A stretch of 64,000 nt of DNA from Octopus vulgaris (taxonomy: Eukaryota): contig OX597831.1 in the NCBI GenBank assembly GCA_951406725.2, positions 71,424,001 through 71,488,000 of the forward strand, in the 5' to 3' direction. The notes under the pieces are model-generated. The model did not search any database. It saw only the letters and a program-made list of their open reading frames with translations, and had not been told where the DNA came from. The position numbers were made by a program, and so were the translations under genes. Shown here piece by piece: positions 60,720-64,000 of the stretch. Each line of letters opens with the position of its first letter. Positions within the stretch are counted from its first letter, which is position 1.

Positions 60720-62556
60720 TGCCTCAATGTAATACCAGGTACTGGCTCTCATGGCTTCTGATCTTAACTAATTGGAAGTGTTATCTTATACGAGGGACGT
60801 TCAATAAGTAATGCTTCTGACCCACTTGCAGTTGTTTGATCTAGCTGAAATTTTGCATGTGCAATTATTTATATCTCTATAGATTAAGTGGCAAATTACA
60901 GCTCTGAACTAATTGTGGTTTCTGATTTACAGAGTCAAGTGTGAAATGGAGCCAGTTGAGTGTCGAGCAGTGATCCGGTTTTTGTATTTGAAAGGACGCA
61001 CACCACGGGAGACTTTTGATGAAATAAAAGTAACTTATGGTGATGATGCCCCATCATATGACCTTGCAAAACCATGGCATCGTGAATTTAAACATGGTCA
61101 GAACTCTGTGGAAACAGCTCCCAGATCTGGTCGCCCCCTTCTGCCATTGATGAGGCATCTGTCCATCAAGTTGAGGCTGCCATTTTGGAAGATCGATGCA
61201 TAACTATTCGCCAAATAGCCCATGAGATCAAGATTAGTACCGGGTCTGTGGAAACTATCATTCATGACCATTTGCATATGCAAAAGGTGTCTGCCAGATG
61301 GATTCCCAGGCTGCTCACACCTTTCCAGAAGCAAGAACGCGTCGAGTGCTCGAGGATGAATTTGGAGATGTGCCAAGAAGATGAGTCAAAATTTTTCAGA
61401 AGACTGATTACACAGGATGAAACCTGGGTCCATCACTATGATCCAGAGACCAAAGCCCAGTCAATGCAGTGGAAACACCGTGACTCACCTCCTCCAAAGA
61501 AGGCAAAGGTGCAGCCCTCCGCTGGCAAGGTCATGCTCACAGTCTTCTGGGACCAGGATGGAGTAGTGATGACAGATTTCCTGGCAAAGGGTACCACAAT
61601 TACAGGAGTCTATTATGCTTCACTTTTGAAGAAATTAAGAGAAGCTATCAAAATCAAGAGGCGGGGCAAGATCAGCAAAGGCATCCTCCTCCTGCAGGAC
61701 AATGCTCCGGTCCACACCTCGCTTGTCGCCAGATCAGAAGCACAGGCGTGCGGCTATGAACTCCTCCCCCAGCCCCCTACGCTCCTGACCTTGCACCCTC
61801 TGATTTTGACCTCTTCCCAGCCATGAAGTTGTTTTTGAAAGGAAAGCGTTTCCCATATGATGCAGCCTTGATTTCTGAAGTCATGTCGCGGTTGGAGGAC
61901 CAAACTGGGGTCTTCTACAAAAACGGTCTCCAGAGCTGTATCAAACGATGGGAGAAATGCGTAACTCTGGGTGGTTCCTATGTAAAAAAAAAACTAATAA
62001 CTGTGCCAAGTTTCGTTGCTCTACTGCTATGGGAAGTGGGTTAGGGGCATTACTTATTGAACGCCCCTCGTACATACATGTTTTGTCTTGCTATCAAAGA
62101 TGGACTACAGTAAATATTCTGCTCGATACCATAGATTTGTTTGTCAGTTGCTTCACCTTAATCAGTTGAGCATGTCCCTTAGCGGCTAATGACATGTGCA
62201 TCTCTGATCATGAGCAGAAGTAGTTGGGGAGCATCGTAGCCATGTGTTGAGAGGGATTCTTTGGGGTTTGAATAATTCACCTCTGGAAACGTTTGTATTT
62301 CATTCAACATCCTTAAACAAACCTTACTCAGGGACCTTTTGAGTGAGATGAGCAACTCAACCTGAAGAAAATTCTGAGCCCTACCTGCAAGGTCATGCGC
62401 TGTTTACTTTAATATGAGATCACCATGTCACACACATATGGTTGTAATGCATGTGCCTAATGTACCCTTATCAGACAGTTAGTCATGATGGGTATACTGG
62501 GTTTCATATATTTGTACCCCAGTGTCACTTTGGTGGCATGCATTGCTCTCTTACTC

Positions 62557-62557
<1 letters not shown>
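60720..62557 (+). mobile_element. (TAA)n-associated repeat split by the mariner at 60791
   Basis: 60720-60790 and 62073-62557 together reconstitute the 6505-7060 element. Confidence 0.72.
60791..62070 (+). mobile_element. Full-length mariner (DD34D, irritans-like), 1280 bp, frameshifted transposase
   Basis: TA|cgagggacgttcaataagtaatgc...gcattacttattgaacgcccctcg|TA. ATG at 60946 (MEPVECRAVIRFL); WIPRLLT, ITQDETW, LLQDNAPVH, APDLAPSDF across frameshifts. Confidence 0.94.
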
Positions 62558-62603
<46 letters not shown>

Positions 62604-62644
62604 TAATAATAATGTTAATAATAGTTATTGCTAGCATCGCTACT

Positions 62645-62875
62645 ACCTATTTCTTTATTACCCACAAGGGGCTAAACATAAATGGGACAAACAAGGACAG
62701 ACATAGGTATTAAGTCGATTACATCGACCCCAGTGCGTAACTGCTACTTATTTAATCGACCCCGAAAGGATGAAAGGTAAAGTTGACCTCGGCGGAATTT
62801 GAACTCACAATGTAACGACAGACGAAATACCGCTAAGCATTTCACCCGGCGTGCTAACGTTTCTGCCAGCTCGTT
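62645..62875 (-). mobile_element. SINE family B (Meta-like)
   Basis: Reverse copy. Confidence 0.83.
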
Positions 62876-63540
62876 GTTGTTAGTCAGTGAAATTACAAAA
62901 GCAATAAAGCACTAGAATAAAGGCTTTGTGATATTTAGTTACATCACTTTGGAAGCTGAGTTCAAGTCCTACAAGGACTAACTTTGCTTTCAGTCACTCC
63001 CTAAGTTTTCAGTAAGGCTGGAATGGCAGTGCCTATGACCCTTTACAGGGCTTTCCAAGATTAATGGGAAGGAGGCAGGAGAGGGTTCTCAAACAAGAAA
63101 CTTAGCCTGAATGCAAGCAGCAACATGATGTCAAGTGAAGGCACACGAGGATCAGATGGCAAATGCAATTTGAATTCAGAATGCAAAGATCCAGAACAGA
63201 TATTGCAAGGTATCATGTTCAACACTAATAATTCTGCCAGTCCACTGTCCCAGGCTAATTATTTATTAATCCTGCAAAAAACCACAAGATGACCTCGGCT
63301 AGCACCTGGAACAAATCCTAAGCATTAAATTTCAAACTAATTCATCACGATAGGTTGATAAAAGAATAAACAAATCCTGAGCTAAATCAATTAGTTATAC
63401 TTGCTTGATTCTCTATAAATTTCTCACTTTTTACCAATGGTAGAAATCTTTATTGCTATCTGAGAGCAGTAGAGAAAATGGTATTTAATTCTTGGCATTT
63501 TGCCAACAGTAGGAATCCTTATTTTCTGCAGTGCACTTAA

Positions 63541-63880
63541 CATCATCATCATCATCATCATCATCATCGTTTAACGTCCACTTTCCATGCTAGCATGGGT
63601 TGGACGGTTCAACTGGGGTCTGGGAAGCCAGAAGGCTGCACCAGGCCAGTCAGATCTGGCAGTGTTTCTACAGCTGGATGCCCTTCCTAACGCCAACCAC
63701 TCCGTGAGTGTAGTGGGTGCTTTTTATGTGCCACCGACACAGGTGCCAGACGAGGCTGGTGAACGGCCATGCTCGGATGGTGTTTTTTATGTGCTACCAA
63801 CACAGGTGCCAGACGAGGCTGGCGAACGGCCACACTCGGATGGTGTTTGTTACGTGCCACCAGCACGGAGGCCAGTCGAT
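63541..63880 (-). mobile_element. Solo RTE 3'UTR / tail with a triplicated module
   Basis: (CAT)n followed by the shared tail and three ~60-bp gtgccacc modules. Confidence 0.82.
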
Positions 63881-64000
63881 GTGGTACTGGATGATATTAA
63901 TTTCATTCCTTATTCCCTGTGAGCCTGTAAGCTCAAACTCCATAGAAATGATAACATGGTGTATAAAGAAATCATCATCGTCATCGTTGTTTAACATCCG

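Overview
Eukaryotic, AT-rich and repeat-saturated genomic DNA. The SINE and microsatellite landscape suggests an octopus (coleoid cephalopod); this is inferred, not shown. Almost the whole window is intronic sequence of one + strand gene of the glutamate carboxypeptidase II / NAALADase (peptidase M28B) family. Three internal exons are visible (12619-12708, 46025-46110, 59499-59618), separated by introns of 33.3 kb and 13.4 kb. The introns hold about 16 copies of a tRNA-derived SINE with an internal (TA)n, Meta-domain and other SINEs, RTE, R4/Dong, CR1 and Tx1-like LINE pieces, one Tc1 and three mariner relics, a 1.9-kb long-TIR non-autonomous DNA transposon, and a 5S rRNA/SINE-tail chimera. 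The most striking feature lies at about 29-42 kb, within (TA)n tracts. It is a cluster of non-coding, Penelope-type elements carrying minimal type I hammerhead ribozyme folds with four different cores (CUGAAGA, GUGAACA, CCGAUGA, UUGAAAA). It includes a near-perfect 361-362 bp tandem array with one hammerhead per unit plus an inverted, circularly permuted copy (retrozyme-like), next to a decayed Penelope-like RT/GIY-YIG element with inverted terminal repeats. All RNA structures were folded by eye and are untested.
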